Source: Bacteroidales bacterium (GTDB taxonomy: Bacteria > Bacteroidota > Bacteroidia > Bacteroidales > UBA4417). From it: a stretch of DNA of 64,000 nucleotides. The stretch lies in contig JBBRCH010000016.1 in NCBI GenBank assembly GCA_038204995.1, forward strand, positions 927 to 64,926, written 5' to 3'. Shown here piece by piece: positions 1 through 9,978 of the stretch (the first letter of the stretch is position 1; the number at the start of each line of letters is the position of its first letter). The translations under genes were made by a program, and so were the position numbers. The notes beneath the pieces are model-generated. The model saw only the letters and a list, made by a program, of their open reading frames with translations, was not told the origin of the DNA and did not search any database.

Positions 1-26
1 CTTTGCACCGCAAAAACATATTAGGC

Positions 27-3000
27 ATGATTCATTTCTTTCGCAAAGACAAAACGGTGTACGCAGTACATCATCAAACCGATATTAACAGGATTGATGT
101 TCCAAAGCTTGAATGGCTTTTTGGAGATGCCCGGCAAATTAGCGAAAGCAAAATAGCCGGGTTTTTTGTTGGCCCGCGCCGTGAAATGATCACTCCATGG
201 AGCACCAACGCTGTTGAAATTACCCAGAACATGGGCATCGAAGGCATTCTGCGAATTGAAGAAATGACTGAAGTTGAAAATGAAAATTCTCCTTTTGATC
301 ATATGCTTCAACGATTGTATATCAGCCTTGAGCAGGATATTTTCACCATAGTGAAACAGCCTGATCCAATTCTTGAAATTAATGATGTTGCCGCTTACAA
401 TAAAAAGGAAGGCCTTGCTTTAAGTGATGAAGAAATTGAATATTTAAAGGAAGTCAGCGTAAAACTCGGTCGAAAACTTACCGACAGCGAAGTATTCGGT
501 TTTTCACAGGTTAACTCTGAACATTGCAGGCATAAAATTTTCAACGGCACATTCGTAATCGACGGTGAAGAAAAAACTGAAAGTCTTTTTCAACTCATTA
601 AAAAAACATCAAAAGCACATCACGGCAGAATAGTTTCAGCTTACACTGATAATGTGGCATTTGTCGAAGGACCAGTAGCCGAACAATTTGCCCCCGCCAC
701 TCAGGACAAACCCGACTATTTTGAAACCCGTGAAATAGAAACCGTTATTTCACTTAAAGCCGAAACGCATAATTTCCCTACAACCGTTGAGCCGTTCAAT
801 GGCGCTGCTACTGGTTCGGGCGGTGAAATACGCGATCGTATGGCCGGTGGGAAAGGTTCCATGCCTATTGCCGGTACTGCTGTTTATATGACTTCTTACC
901 CACGAACCGGCGAAGACCGCGAATGGGAAGCTGAAAATGAACCTCGCCCTTGGTTGTATCAGAATCCGGAGGAAATCCTTATCAAAGCTTCGAATGGTGC
1001 CAGTGATTTTGGAAATAAATTCGGCCAACCGCTGATCTGTGGCTCTGTACTTACTTTCGAGCATTCCGAAAATGGGAAGAGCTACGGTTATGATAAAGTG
1101 ATTATGCAGGCTGGTGGCATTGGCTATGGCCGTAAAACGGATAGTTTAAAAGGCCATCCGCAGCCCGGCGATAAAGTAATTGTGATGGGAGGTGATAATT
1201 ACCGCATCGGTATGGGCGGAGGTGCTGTTTCGTCCGTTGCCACCGGCGAATACCACAGTGGAATTGAACTGAACGCCATTCAGCGTTCGAATCCCGAAAT
1301 GCAGAAACGTGTATACAATGCTATCCGTGCTATGGCCGAAAGTTCGGAAAATCCTATTGTTTCGGTTCATGACCATGGTGCAGGAGGACATTTGAATTCA
1401 CTATCCGAATTGGTGGAAGAACAGGGTGGTGCCATTGATTTGGGGAAATTACCTGTTGGCGACCCTACCTTATCTTTTAAAGAAATTGTGGGAAACGAAT
1501 CCCAGGAGCGCATGGGCCTGGTTATTCATGCTGATGATGTCAGTATGATGGCAAATGTGGCAAGCCGCGAGCGGGCTCCTTTTTACGTTGTGGGTGAAAT
1601 TACAGGGGATATGAATTTCTCCTTTACTGATTCGAAAACCGGTAAATCACCGATCAACATGCCTCTCGAAAATTTTTTCGGGAAACCGCCACGAACTTTT
1701 ATGCGTGATAAAGCAATAGAATCAACTTTTGAGTCAGCGGAATACAGACAATCGCAGTTGATACATTATATTGAACAGGTTTTACAACTCGAAGCGGTTG
1801 CCTGTAAAGACTGGCTTACCAATAAAGTGGACCGCTCGGTAACCGGCCGTATCGCGCACCAGCAAACCGCTGGTCCGCTTCAACTTCCGCTGAATAACCT
1901 GGGTGTAGTTGCACTAGATTTCCAGGGCGTGAAAGGCATTGCCACTTCTATCGGTCATTCCCCGGTTGTTGGTTTGGTAGATCCTGAAGCAGGCTCCGTA
2001 CTGTCAATCGCCGAAGCACTCACAAATCTAGTTTGGGCCCCGATCGAACAGGGCCTGGGTGGTGTTTCTCTAAGTGCCAACTGGATGTGGCCCTGCAAAA
2101 ATGAAGGTGAAGATGCTCGTTTGTACAAAGCCGTGAAAGCAGTCAGTGAATTTGCAATTGAATTGGGCCTTAATATACCAACCGGGAAAGATTCCCTCTC
2201 GATGACACAGAAATATCCCGGTGGTGTAACAGTAATGGCTCCCGGGACCGTGATTATTTCGACGGTAGGGGAGGTGACAGATATTCGGAAAGTAATAGGC
2301 CCTGTTTTAAAAGAAAGCTTTACATCTTCACTTATTTATATTGATTTCTCAAAAAGCGATTTTAATATTGGCGGAAGCTCATTTGCACAGGCTTTGAATA
2401 AATTGGGTGGCGGTACTCCTGAAGTGAAAGATGCCGCATATTTCCGCCTTTGTTTTGAAGCTGTTCAGGAACTTATCCATAAAGATATGATCCTTGCCGG
2501 TCATGATATTTCGGCCGGCGGACTGATCACTACTTTGCTCGAAATGGCTTTCAGTTATAATTCGGTAGCAATGGATCTGAACCTGGACGACTTAGGTGAA
2601 AACGATATTATCCGTTTGCTTTTCAGCGAAAAACCAGGTATTGTGATCCAGGTTAATGATCTCGATTTTGTCAGCATTTACCTGCACGAAAAAGGAATCC
2701 GTTACGGTGTGATCGGCAAACCGGTAGCTGGAAAAACACTTGCAATTATGCATCAGCAGCAGAATTATACTTTTGATATTCACACGTTGCGTGACAAATG
2801 GTTCCGCTCATCTTACCTGCTCGACAGAAAGCAGAGCGGAGAAGAAAAAGCCAAAGAGCGTTTTGAAAATTATTCCATACAAGAGCGTAAATTTATTTTC
2901 CCTGGAACTTTCACCGGGAAATACAAGCAGTTTGGTATTGATTCGAATCGCAAAACACGCTCAGGCATTAAAGCTGCCATTATCCGCGAAAAAGGAGTAA

Positions 3001-3716
3001 ATGGCGACCGCGAAATGGCCTGGAGCATGCACCTGGCCGGTCTGGATGTGAAAGATGTCCATATGACCGATTTAATGAGCGGTAGAGAGACTCTGGAAGA
3101 TATAAGGATGATCGTTTTTGTAGGCGGGTTCTCCAATTCAGATGTACTGGGTTCGGCCAAAGGATGGGCCGGGGCATTCAAATATAATGACAATGCTCGG
3201 ATTGCTCTTGAAAAATTCTATGCACGTACAGATACTTTAAGCCTTGGTGTTTGTAACGGTTGCCAGGTAATGATCGAGCTGGGACTTGTAAATCCTGAGC
3301 ATACTGAAAAAACGAAGATGCTGCATAATGCTTCCGGGAAATTTGAATCGAGTTTCCTTACGGTTGACATTCAGGAGAATAATTCGGTAATGCTAAAATC
3401 TCTTTCCGGAAGTAAACTGGGCATTTGGGTAGCGCATGGCGAAGGGCAATTCAGTTTCCCGTATGCTGAAGATCAGTATAACATTGCAGCAAAATATTCT
3501 TACAGCGCTTATCCGGGTAATCCCAACGGATCGATGTACGATGCCGCATGTCTTTACAGCAACGATGGACGTCATCTGGTAATGATGCCGCACCTTGAAC
3601 GTTCGCTGTTGCCCTGGCAATGGCCACTCTACCCGGATGCACGCCAGGCAGATCAGCTTTCTCCATGGATCGAGGCGTTTGTAAATGCAAGGGAATGGAT
3701 GAAGGGGAATAAATAA
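27..3716 (+). CDS. purL: Phosphoribosylformylglycinamidine synthase (large, fused PurL/PurQ type)
   Basis: Motifs NSEHCRHKIF, KAETHNFPT, GGEIRD, HDHGAGG and a C-terminal glutaminase (GGFSNSDVLGSAKGW, GVCNGCQ, MMPHLER). ATG at 27 is in frame and preferred over the TTG at 3. Confidence 0.97.
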   Translation: MIHFFRKDKTVYAVHHQTDINRIDVPKLEWLFGDARQISESKIAGFFVGPRREMITPWSTNAVEITQNMGIEGILRIEEMTEVENENSPFDHMLQRLYISLEQDIFTIVKQPDPILEINDVAAYNKKEGLALSDEEIEYLKEVSVKLGRKLTDSEVFGFSQVNSEHCRHKIFNGTFVIDGEEKTESLFQLIKKTSKAHHGRIVSAYTDNVAFVEGPVAEQFAPATQDKPDYFETREIETVISLKAETHNFPTTVEPFNGAATGSGGEIRDRMAGGKGSMPIAGTAVYMTSYPRTGEDREWEAENEPRPWLYQNPEEILIKASNGASDFGNKFGQPLICGSVLTFEHSENGKSYGYDKVIMQAGGIGYGRKTDSLKGHPQPGDKVIVMGGDNYRIGMGGGAVSSVATGEYHSGIELNAIQRSNPEMQKRVYNAIRAMAESSENPIVSVHDHGAGGHLNSLSELVEEQGGAIDLGKLPVGDPTLSFKEIVGNESQERMGLVIHADDVSMMANVASRERAPFYVVGEITGDMNFSFTDSKTGKSPINMPLENFFGKPPRTFMRDKAIESTFESAEYRQSQLIHYIEQVLQLEAVACKDWLTNKVDRSVTGRIAHQQTAGPLQLPLNNLGVVALDFQGVKGIATSIGHSPVVGLVDPEAGSVLSIAEALTNLVWAPIEQGLGGVSLSANWMWPCKNEGEDARLYKAVKAVSEFAIELGLNIPTGKDSLSMTQKYPGGVTVMAPGTVIISTVGEVTDIRKVIGPVLKESFTSSLIYIDFSKSDFNIGGSSFAQALNKLGGGTPEVKDAAYFRLCFEAVQELIHKDMILAGHDISAGGLITTLLEMAFSYNSVAMDLNLDDLGENDIIRLLFSEKPGIVIQVNDLDFVSIYLHEKGIRYGVIGKPVAGKTLAIMHQQQNYTFDIHTLRDKWFRSSYLLDRKQSGEEKAKERFENYSIQERKFIFPGTFTGKYKQFGIDSNRKTRSGIKAAIIREKGVNGDREMAWSMHLAGLDVKDVHMTDLMSGRETLEDIRMIVFVGGFSNSDVLGSAKGWAGAFKYNDNARIALEKFYARTDTLSLGVCNGCQVMIELGLVNPEHTEKTKMLHNASGKFESSFLTVDIQENNSVMLKSLSGSKLGIWVAHGEGQFSFPYAEDQYNIAAKYSYSAYPGNPNGSMYDAACLYSNDGRHLVMMPHLERSLLPWQWPLYPDARQADQLSPWIEAFVNAREWMKGNK

Positions 3717-3747
3717 GGGCAATTATCGGATTATAATTTTATTCCGT

Positions 3748-5967
3748 TTAGGTTGTCAATTCTTTAATTAATATCTGCATCCTCATTTCATTTCCCACAA
3801 TCCATACCTTGTCATTTATTTCAAACACCAGGTCAGATTCGGGATTTAAAATGCGTTCACCATTTCTCTCTATCCCAACCACCAGACCTTTCGATCGCTC
3901 ACGAAGCTTTGATTCGCGTATGCTTATATTTACAAGCGGACAATTCGGGCCTAACGTAAAATGATGCAGGGATACCATTTGCTTATTAGCTTCCTTCTTT
4001 GATTCAGCAGCAGTAGAATTGAGGTGTGAGCTAAATTTTTCGAGTTGTTCATCGGTTCCAATTACAAAAAGTTTATCATTTGGATATAAATATTCAGCCC
4101 GGCTTGGAACATTTATTACAGAATCACCACGTTCAATTACAGCTATATTCACTCCAAACTCTTCGCGTATTTTCGATTCAAATAATGTTTTCCCGATGTA
4201 AGGTGATTTGGGATTTAATTCAAATGTGGTTATATGCGAATCCCATGGACTTAACATCCCTATGGTATCAGGCATTTCTGATTCGCGTTCATTATAATTT
4301 ATTAAAAAACGCATCTCAATTTTCCCATAAAAAGCCTTTATCTTTTTTGACAAAATCGCCAGAATCAGAACTGAAACAACAACACCAGCCAGGGCTATCC
4401 ATGGAGAGAATAAACGATCGAATAAAAATCCAATAAATAATACAGCTAATAAAACTCTGGACGAGAGCAAAACAAGTAAGGGTCCGCGTTGTGAAGTTTT
4501 TACCCACACATTGGCATATGCCTGCTTGTTAGTTCTGCGAAAGGCAAGTGCCCATAAAAAAGGAGACAAAATTATAAGTGATATGCCTGCGGTAATCAGC
4601 TGGCCCCATCGATAACCTGAAAAATAAGGCGCTATGTATTGTGTGCTCAATAAAATAATGGTGATAATGATTACTGAAAATAAAACTAAGTTAACAAAAT
4701 AAAAACGTAGTATTCTTTTCCAGTCGCTGATTTCCGTTATATTTTGTGCTTCTACATTGTACCTGCTTAACGCCCTTTTCCATTTTTGTGGAAGGATTTT
4801 CTGAATTCGTTGATAAACAGGATCTGAAAACCTTATCATATAAGGCGTAGTAAATGTAGTGAGCACTGAAACTGCTACGGCCACAGGATATAAAAAACTA
4901 CTGGTCACATTCAGTGTCACGCCCAGGGTTGCAATAATAAAAGAGAATTCGCCTATTTGCGAAAGACTCATGCCCGACTGAACTGCAATTTTGAGGGGCT
5001 GGCCGGCGGCTACTGCACCAATGGTTGCAAATAAAGGCTTGCCAAACAACAGAACAGCTGTGGCTGCAATAATTGGCAAAGTGTGTTGCATCAACATTCC
5101 GGGGTCTATTAACATACCTACCGAAACAAAGAAAATTGCACCAAAAAGGGTTTTTATTGATTTGGTGAGGTGTTCAATTTTTTCGGCTTTCGTTGTTTCA
5201 GCTAAAATAGAACCCATAATAAAAGCCCCGAGTGCCGGAGAAAACCCAAAATAAGTTGCCAGCACAACCATGAGGAAACACAGGGCCAGGGAAACAATCA
5301 GCAAGGTTTCCTCATTCATTAACGAACGAATCTTTTTTAGCAATGTTGGAAGGAAGAATATTCCGGAAACGAACCATAACACCAAAAAGAAAGCAAGCTT
5401 TAATACCGAAATAATCATTTCAGATCCTGAGAATGTTTTGCTTACAGCAACTGTTGAAAGCAATACCATAAGTAAAACAGCAACTAAATCTTCAATAACC
5501 AAAACCCCTGTAACAATACCGGCAAATTTTTGATTTTTTACACCCAATTCATCAAAAGCACGTATTATAATTGTAGTGGATGCAATAGCAAGAATGCCTC
5601 CCAGGAACAAACTGTTAATGCTGTTCCAGCCTAATATTCTACCCAAACTGTAGCCCACTAACATAGTGAGCGTAATTTCGGTCAGAGCTGTTACTATGGC
5701 AACACCGCCTACTTTTATTAGTTTTTTAAAACTGAATTCAAGCCCAAGTCCAAACAACAGGAAAATAACACCAATGTCGGCCCATATCCTGATACCTTCA
5801 ATATCAACAATGGTGGGAAACATTTTAAAATTGGGGCCTACCAGGAATCCGGCAATAATGTACCCCAACACTACAGGCTGCTTTAACCATTTAAAAAGCA
5901 ATGTAACAACAGCCGCTGCACCCAGGATTAGCGCCAGATCAACTATTAGTGCAGGGAGGTGTAACAT
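3748..5967 (-). CDS. CPA2-family cation:proton antiporter with two C-terminal RCK_C/TrkA-C domains
   Basis: Many TM helices, GVIFLLFGLGLEFS and SQIGEFSFIIA motifs; two TrkA-C-like repeats (IREEFGVNIAVIERG, LVVGIERNGERILNP). Confidence 0.9.
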   Translation of the reverse strand: MLHLPALIVDLALILGAAAVVTLLFKWLKQPVVLGYIIAGFLVGPNFKMFPTIVDIEGIRIWADIGVIFLLFGLGLEFSFKKLIKVGGVAIVTALTEITLTMLVGYSLGRILGWNSINSLFLGGILAIASTTIIIRAFDELGVKNQKFAGIVTGVLVIEDLVAVLLMVLLSTVAVSKTFSGSEMIISVLKLAFFLVLWFVSGIFFLPTLLKKIRSLMNEETLLIVSLALCFLMVVLATYFGFSPALGAFIMGSILAETTKAEKIEHLTKSIKTLFGAIFFVSVGMLIDPGMLMQHTLPIIAATAVLLFGKPLFATIGAVAAGQPLKIAVQSGMSLSQIGEFSFIIATLGVTLNVTSSFLYPVAVAVSVLTTFTTPYMIRFSDPVYQRIQKILPQKWKRALSRYNVEAQNITEISDWKRILRFYFVNLVLFSVIIITIILLSTQYIAPYFSGYRWGQLITAGISLIILSPFLWALAFRRTNKQAYANVWVKTSQRGPLLVLLSSRVLLAVLFIGFLFDRLFSPWIALAGVVVSVLILAILSKKIKAFYGKIEMRFLINYNERESEMPDTIGMLSPWDSHITTFELNPKSPYIGKTLFESKIREEFGVNIAVIERGDSVINVPSRAEYLYPNDKLFVIGTDEQLEKFSSHLNSTAAESKKEANKQMVSLHHFTLGPNCPLVNISIRESKLRERSKGLVVGIERNGERILNPESDLVFEINDKVWIVGNEMRMQILIKELTT

Positions 5968-6434
5968 ATATTTTATTTATTTTGTTAGTTGAACTGAAGG
6001 AATTTCCCTTGATAGTAAACGCTTTCAGGTTTCTAAGATTCTTATAAAATGAAGAACTTAATATAAGATAAACTTTCTGAGAAATTCTCTAAATTCAAAA
6101 ATACTACAATTAATTCAATTTTGAATCCGGATGGATTGAAAACGGAATAGAATGACGAATGTATTTCGGGTATACCGGGCTATCCACCTTCGCAAGTTTG
6201 GAAATTAGATTTGAGCTTATTCCGGAATCAGAGAATCTATACTTTTTTGTTAGGCAGGTGCGATTTATCAGCATGGAAGTTAATTTCACCCCATCTCTCT
6301 TTCGGAAAATTAATAATTATTTTTATTGTGCAAATCTGAGAGCAGCAGGCAAGCCGGAACAAAGATTTTCTATTTATTCCTAACTTTCCCTATCTCCACA
6401 ATATTTTTAAACAGAACCTTTTTTTAACATTTAC

Positions 6435-9400
6435 TCATGCACTAATTCTGATGGAATTAACCTGTTCAGGGTGAGTATTATAAGGAATTGTAAAGTAAAA
6501 TGCACTTCCCTGTCCAACTTCACTCTCGATCCAGATAGTGCCTCCGAGCATTTCTACATAAGCTTTGGTAATTGACAATCCCAGGCCGGCTCCTTGTTTG
6601 GCTTGACTGTCAAAAATGTCTGCCTGAATAAATCGTTCAAAGATTGCTTCCTGTCTTTCTTTGACAACTCCAATACCTGAGTCTTTTACATAAAATTCAA
6701 GGTATTTTTCTTTTCTCACATACCCAAATTCTATAGTACCTTCGTTGGTATATTTTATAGCGTTTTTAACAAGATGCGTCAGGATTGCATATAATTTTTC
6801 CTTATCTGTTTGGATAATTGCATAAATAACAGGTAAATTACTTTTTAAAGTAAGTTTAATTCCCTTATTTTCAGCCTCTGGATTAAAGGATGTATTGATG
6901 TTTTTGACCTGTTCGTTAATATCAGTTTCTGAGAAATGAACTTTCATCTGACCTGATTCAATCTTCGATATATCTATTATATCGTTAATAATATTAAGCA
7001 TACGATCACCACTTTTCTTGATAATGCGGACATACTCTTGTTGCTGCTCTCCCGAAAGATGCGGCTCTTTCAACAATTCAGCAAAACCCAGTATCCCATT
7101 CATTGGAGTTCTGATTTCATGACTCATGTTGGCAAGAAATGCCGATTTCAATCGGTCACTTTCTTCAGCTTTCTCTTTTGCCATAATTAATTCTTTCTCA
7201 GCATGCTTACGTTCAGTTATATCAACATGGGTTCCGACAACACGGATTGCTTTACCGTTTTCATTAAAAAGAACATTTGCTCTCGAAAGGATTTCAACCC
7301 ATTGGCCGAGTTTGTGTTTCATCCTGAACTCTAACTCAAAATGAGTGTGTTTGCTGTCGATAACCTCATTTAATATTGCCATGGTCTTTTTTAAATCATC
7401 CGGTTCAGTGTGTCTTTCCCATTCTGAAAAATCATTTGCAATTTCGTTTTCTCCATAGCCAAGCATTTTCTTCCAACCAGGTGAGAAGTAAATCCCATTT
7501 GTTATTAAATCCCAATCATATAATCCATCCTTGGTAGCCTGCATGGCAATATCGTAGCGGAATTTGCTTTTTAAAATTTCATCCTGCGCTTTTTTATATT
7601 CAGTGATATTATTGTGTTGTATAATGACATTAGTTATTTTTTTGTTTCTGTCGAAGATGGGATATGCCCAATTATGATACCAAACTTTCTTTTTCTCTTT
7701 TACTTTTATGCTTTGAGATTCTGCTGCAGTGCCAATATCAAAGAATACTTCCCATTCCGAGGTCTTTCCTTCATTAAAAACACTTTCCAGGTGTGGGATA
7801 ATTCCGCTCCTTTTCACTTCTTCATCATGGAATATGTTGTAAACGCTCCCTTCAATATCCTGAGCCTCAACACCAAATATTTCACTCAATTTAGGATTAA
7901 TTCTCTCACACCATCCGTCACTATCAAGTATTTGGGTGCTTACGGATGATTGCATAAACATTTGTTCGAAAAAGTATTTCTGCCTGGTTAATTCTTCTTC
8001 AGCCCTCTTGTGCCTGGTGATGTCAACAGAGACTCCGAACGTACCCAAGATTTTTGCATCTTTGCCGCGTAAGGGTAGTTTGGTCGAAGCAACCCATGTA
8101 TCCGGCTTTCCGATCCATGTTTCCTTTTCTTCCTTAATAAGTGTCTGCCCTGTACGCATTATTTCCTGTTCATCGTTAAATGCCTGTTGAGCATGTTCGT
8201 ACATAAAAAAATCATAATCGGTTTTGCCGACGGCTTCAGCGGGATCACTTAACCCGAATGAATGTGCTTGCGCATTGCTGATCCTGATGAACCTGCTTTC
8301 AGCATCTTTAAAATAAATATGATCAGGTATGTTTTCCATCAGGGAATGCATCAGGTATTGTTCATATTTCAAGGCTTCTTCTGCAATCTTACGATCGCTA
8401 ATGTCAGTTCCTACACCCATAATATATTTCTGGCCGTGAACTTCCATTCTGACACCTGTAAGTATGAAGGGCATTGTGGAACCATCTTTCTTAAATAAGG
8501 AAGTTTCGATGCTTGCCTGGCCATTCTCCATAACTTCCCTCATCGCTTCAATTACAGTTTCTTTTATTTCCTGATTAGGCCAGGCTTCTACCTGGAATCC
8601 TTTCAGCTCTTCAGCATCAAATCCCAGCAGTGTTTCATGATTTTTGTTCCATCGAACCAAACGCATGTCAGGGTATGTGTAAAGATAGAAAATGCCCGGG
8701 AGGCTGTCTAATAGTGACTTTGAGAATAATTGTTCCTGAAGCAAATCTTCCTCTGCCCGTTTGCGTTCGGTGATATCACGTACAATCAATTGTACAGCTG
8801 GGGTATTTTCAAGCCTGATATGCATTGCTTTAACTTCAACATCAACCTGGGAGCCATCAAGACGTAAGAATTTTTCTTCAGTAAGAGGTAAAACAACCCC
8901 TTCGGTTATCACTTTTTTCATCTGATCAATAACTAAATCGCGGCAGTCAGGATGTACAAATTGTATAAATGATTTCCCGATTAATTCTGATGTTTCAGAT
9001 GCAGCCATCAGACGGAGACATTCTTTATTAGTATATACTATTTCTCCTTTTGCATGAATAATAATTGCATCGGGTGAATTTTCAACTAACTCGCGGTATT
9101 TTTTCTCACTTTCTTCTGATTTTATTCTTTCTGAAGTGTATTGTTTATGAACAAAGTTTATAATCAGGTATATAAAGTAAGAAACGTAAAAAAGTGTAAA
9201 TAATGAATCTATCCAACGTTCGGTCTCTGATTGAAAGTTTACTATCAAATCAGGTCTGTTGAATTGGATAAGGTAGATTGAGGTATTTAAAGCTAAGAAC
9301 AGAAAGAGTACATATTTTTTTAATTTTCCGGGAAAAACAATTAATCCGAGAATTAGAATTATAAATCCAGGCATTGTATTTGAACCGTTGATACCACCAT

Positions 9401-9689
9401 TAAATATCCAAATTATTGAAATACCTATCATTGAAACTACAATAGAAGGCATAATAAATGGGTTAATTACCTTTTTAAACCTAGCAAAATAATAAAGAAT
9501 CGATAATAAAACCGATAAAATAAAAGGAATAGTTACGGCAGTTACTGAAGTAATTAGGATTAAATTTGTAATGGAACCAACAACACTTGTCAGTAACCCA
9601 ATTATAATAGACGATAAGAACAGCCGATTTTCTAACGATAAATCTTCGTCCTCTGCGAAAATATACTTTATAACTTTTTTAATACTCAT
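6435..9689 (-). CDS. Membrane-anchored multi-PAS sensor histidine kinase without a receiver domain
   Basis: N-terminal TM region, about five PAS/PAC modules ending in DITERK-like motifs, H-box FLANMSHEIRTPMNG, HATPase (NAIKYT, DSGIG, GAGLGLSI). Confidence 0.92.
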   Translation of the reverse strand: MSIKKVIKYIFAEDEDLSLENRLFLSSIIIGLLTSVVGSITNLILITSVTAVTIPFILSVLLSILYYFARFKKVINPFIMPSIVVSMIGISIIWIFNGGINGSNTMPGFIILILGLIVFPGKLKKYVLFLFLALNTSIYLIQFNRPDLIVNFQSETERWIDSLFTLFYVSYFIYLIINFVHKQYTSERIKSEESEKKYRELVENSPDAIIIHAKGEIVYTNKECLRLMAASETSELIGKSFIQFVHPDCRDLVIDQMKKVITEGVVLPLTEEKFLRLDGSQVDVEVKAMHIRLENTPAVQLIVRDITERKRAEEDLLQEQLFSKSLLDSLPGIFYLYTYPDMRLVRWNKNHETLLGFDAEELKGFQVEAWPNQEIKETVIEAMREVMENGQASIETSLFKKDGSTMPFILTGVRMEVHGQKYIMGVGTDISDRKIAEEALKYEQYLMHSLMENIPDHIYFKDAESRFIRISNAQAHSFGLSDPAEAVGKTDYDFFMYEHAQQAFNDEQEIMRTGQTLIKEEKETWIGKPDTWVASTKLPLRGKDAKILGTFGVSVDITRHKRAEEELTRQKYFFEQMFMQSSVSTQILDSDGWCERINPKLSEIFGVEAQDIEGSVYNIFHDEEVKRSGIIPHLESVFNEGKTSEWEVFFDIGTAAESQSIKVKEKKKVWYHNWAYPIFDRNKKITNVIIQHNNITEYKKAQDEILKSKFRYDIAMQATKDGLYDWDLITNGIYFSPGWKKMLGYGENEIANDFSEWERHTEPDDLKKTMAILNEVIDSKHTHFELEFRMKHKLGQWVEILSRANVLFNENGKAIRVVGTHVDITERKHAEKELIMAKEKAEESDRLKSAFLANMSHEIRTPMNGILGFAELLKEPHLSGEQQQEYVRIIKKSGDRMLNIINDIIDISKIESGQMKVHFSETDINEQVKNINTSFNPEAENKGIKLTLKSNLPVIYAIIQTDKEKLYAILTHLVKNAIKYTNEGTIEFGYVRKEKYLEFYVKDSGIGVVKERQEAIFERFIQADIFDSQAKQGAGLGLSITKAYVEMLGGTIWIESEVGQGSAFYFTIPYNTHPEQVNSIRISA

Positions 9690-9978
9690 GGGTTCTGTTT
9701 GGTTTTAACAACTCCAACCGGAAAAAGTAAAATTAATTCTACAGAATCAGGAAGGAGAATGACTAATAATTGGTATTACTTTAAAAGAGCGTTGAATTCT
9801 GATTTGTTAATTCCACACCAGTAAGTTTCATTTACATATTCCTTTTTGCATAATTCTTTTTGTCTTGTACCCTTTAATAAATCGGGTGTTTAGTTATTTT
9901 AGCTGACTTATTGTTTTTACTATCAACTAAATAATAGTATTGGGCAAAATAAATTAATTGTAATTCGATCAATATTAC

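Noticed and set aside
3-26. N-terminal extension of PurL from TTG at 3
   Set aside because: It overlaps what looks like the tail of a -7 promoter box (CTTTGCA); ATG 27 gives a normal start.
5968-6434. Long spacer upstream of the CPA2 antiporter as a possible c-di-AMP or Na+ riboswitch; 74-aa ORF 6159..6383
   Set aside because: I could not recognise any riboswitch consensus on the minus strand, and the ORF has no motif. An Infernal/Rfam scan would settle it.
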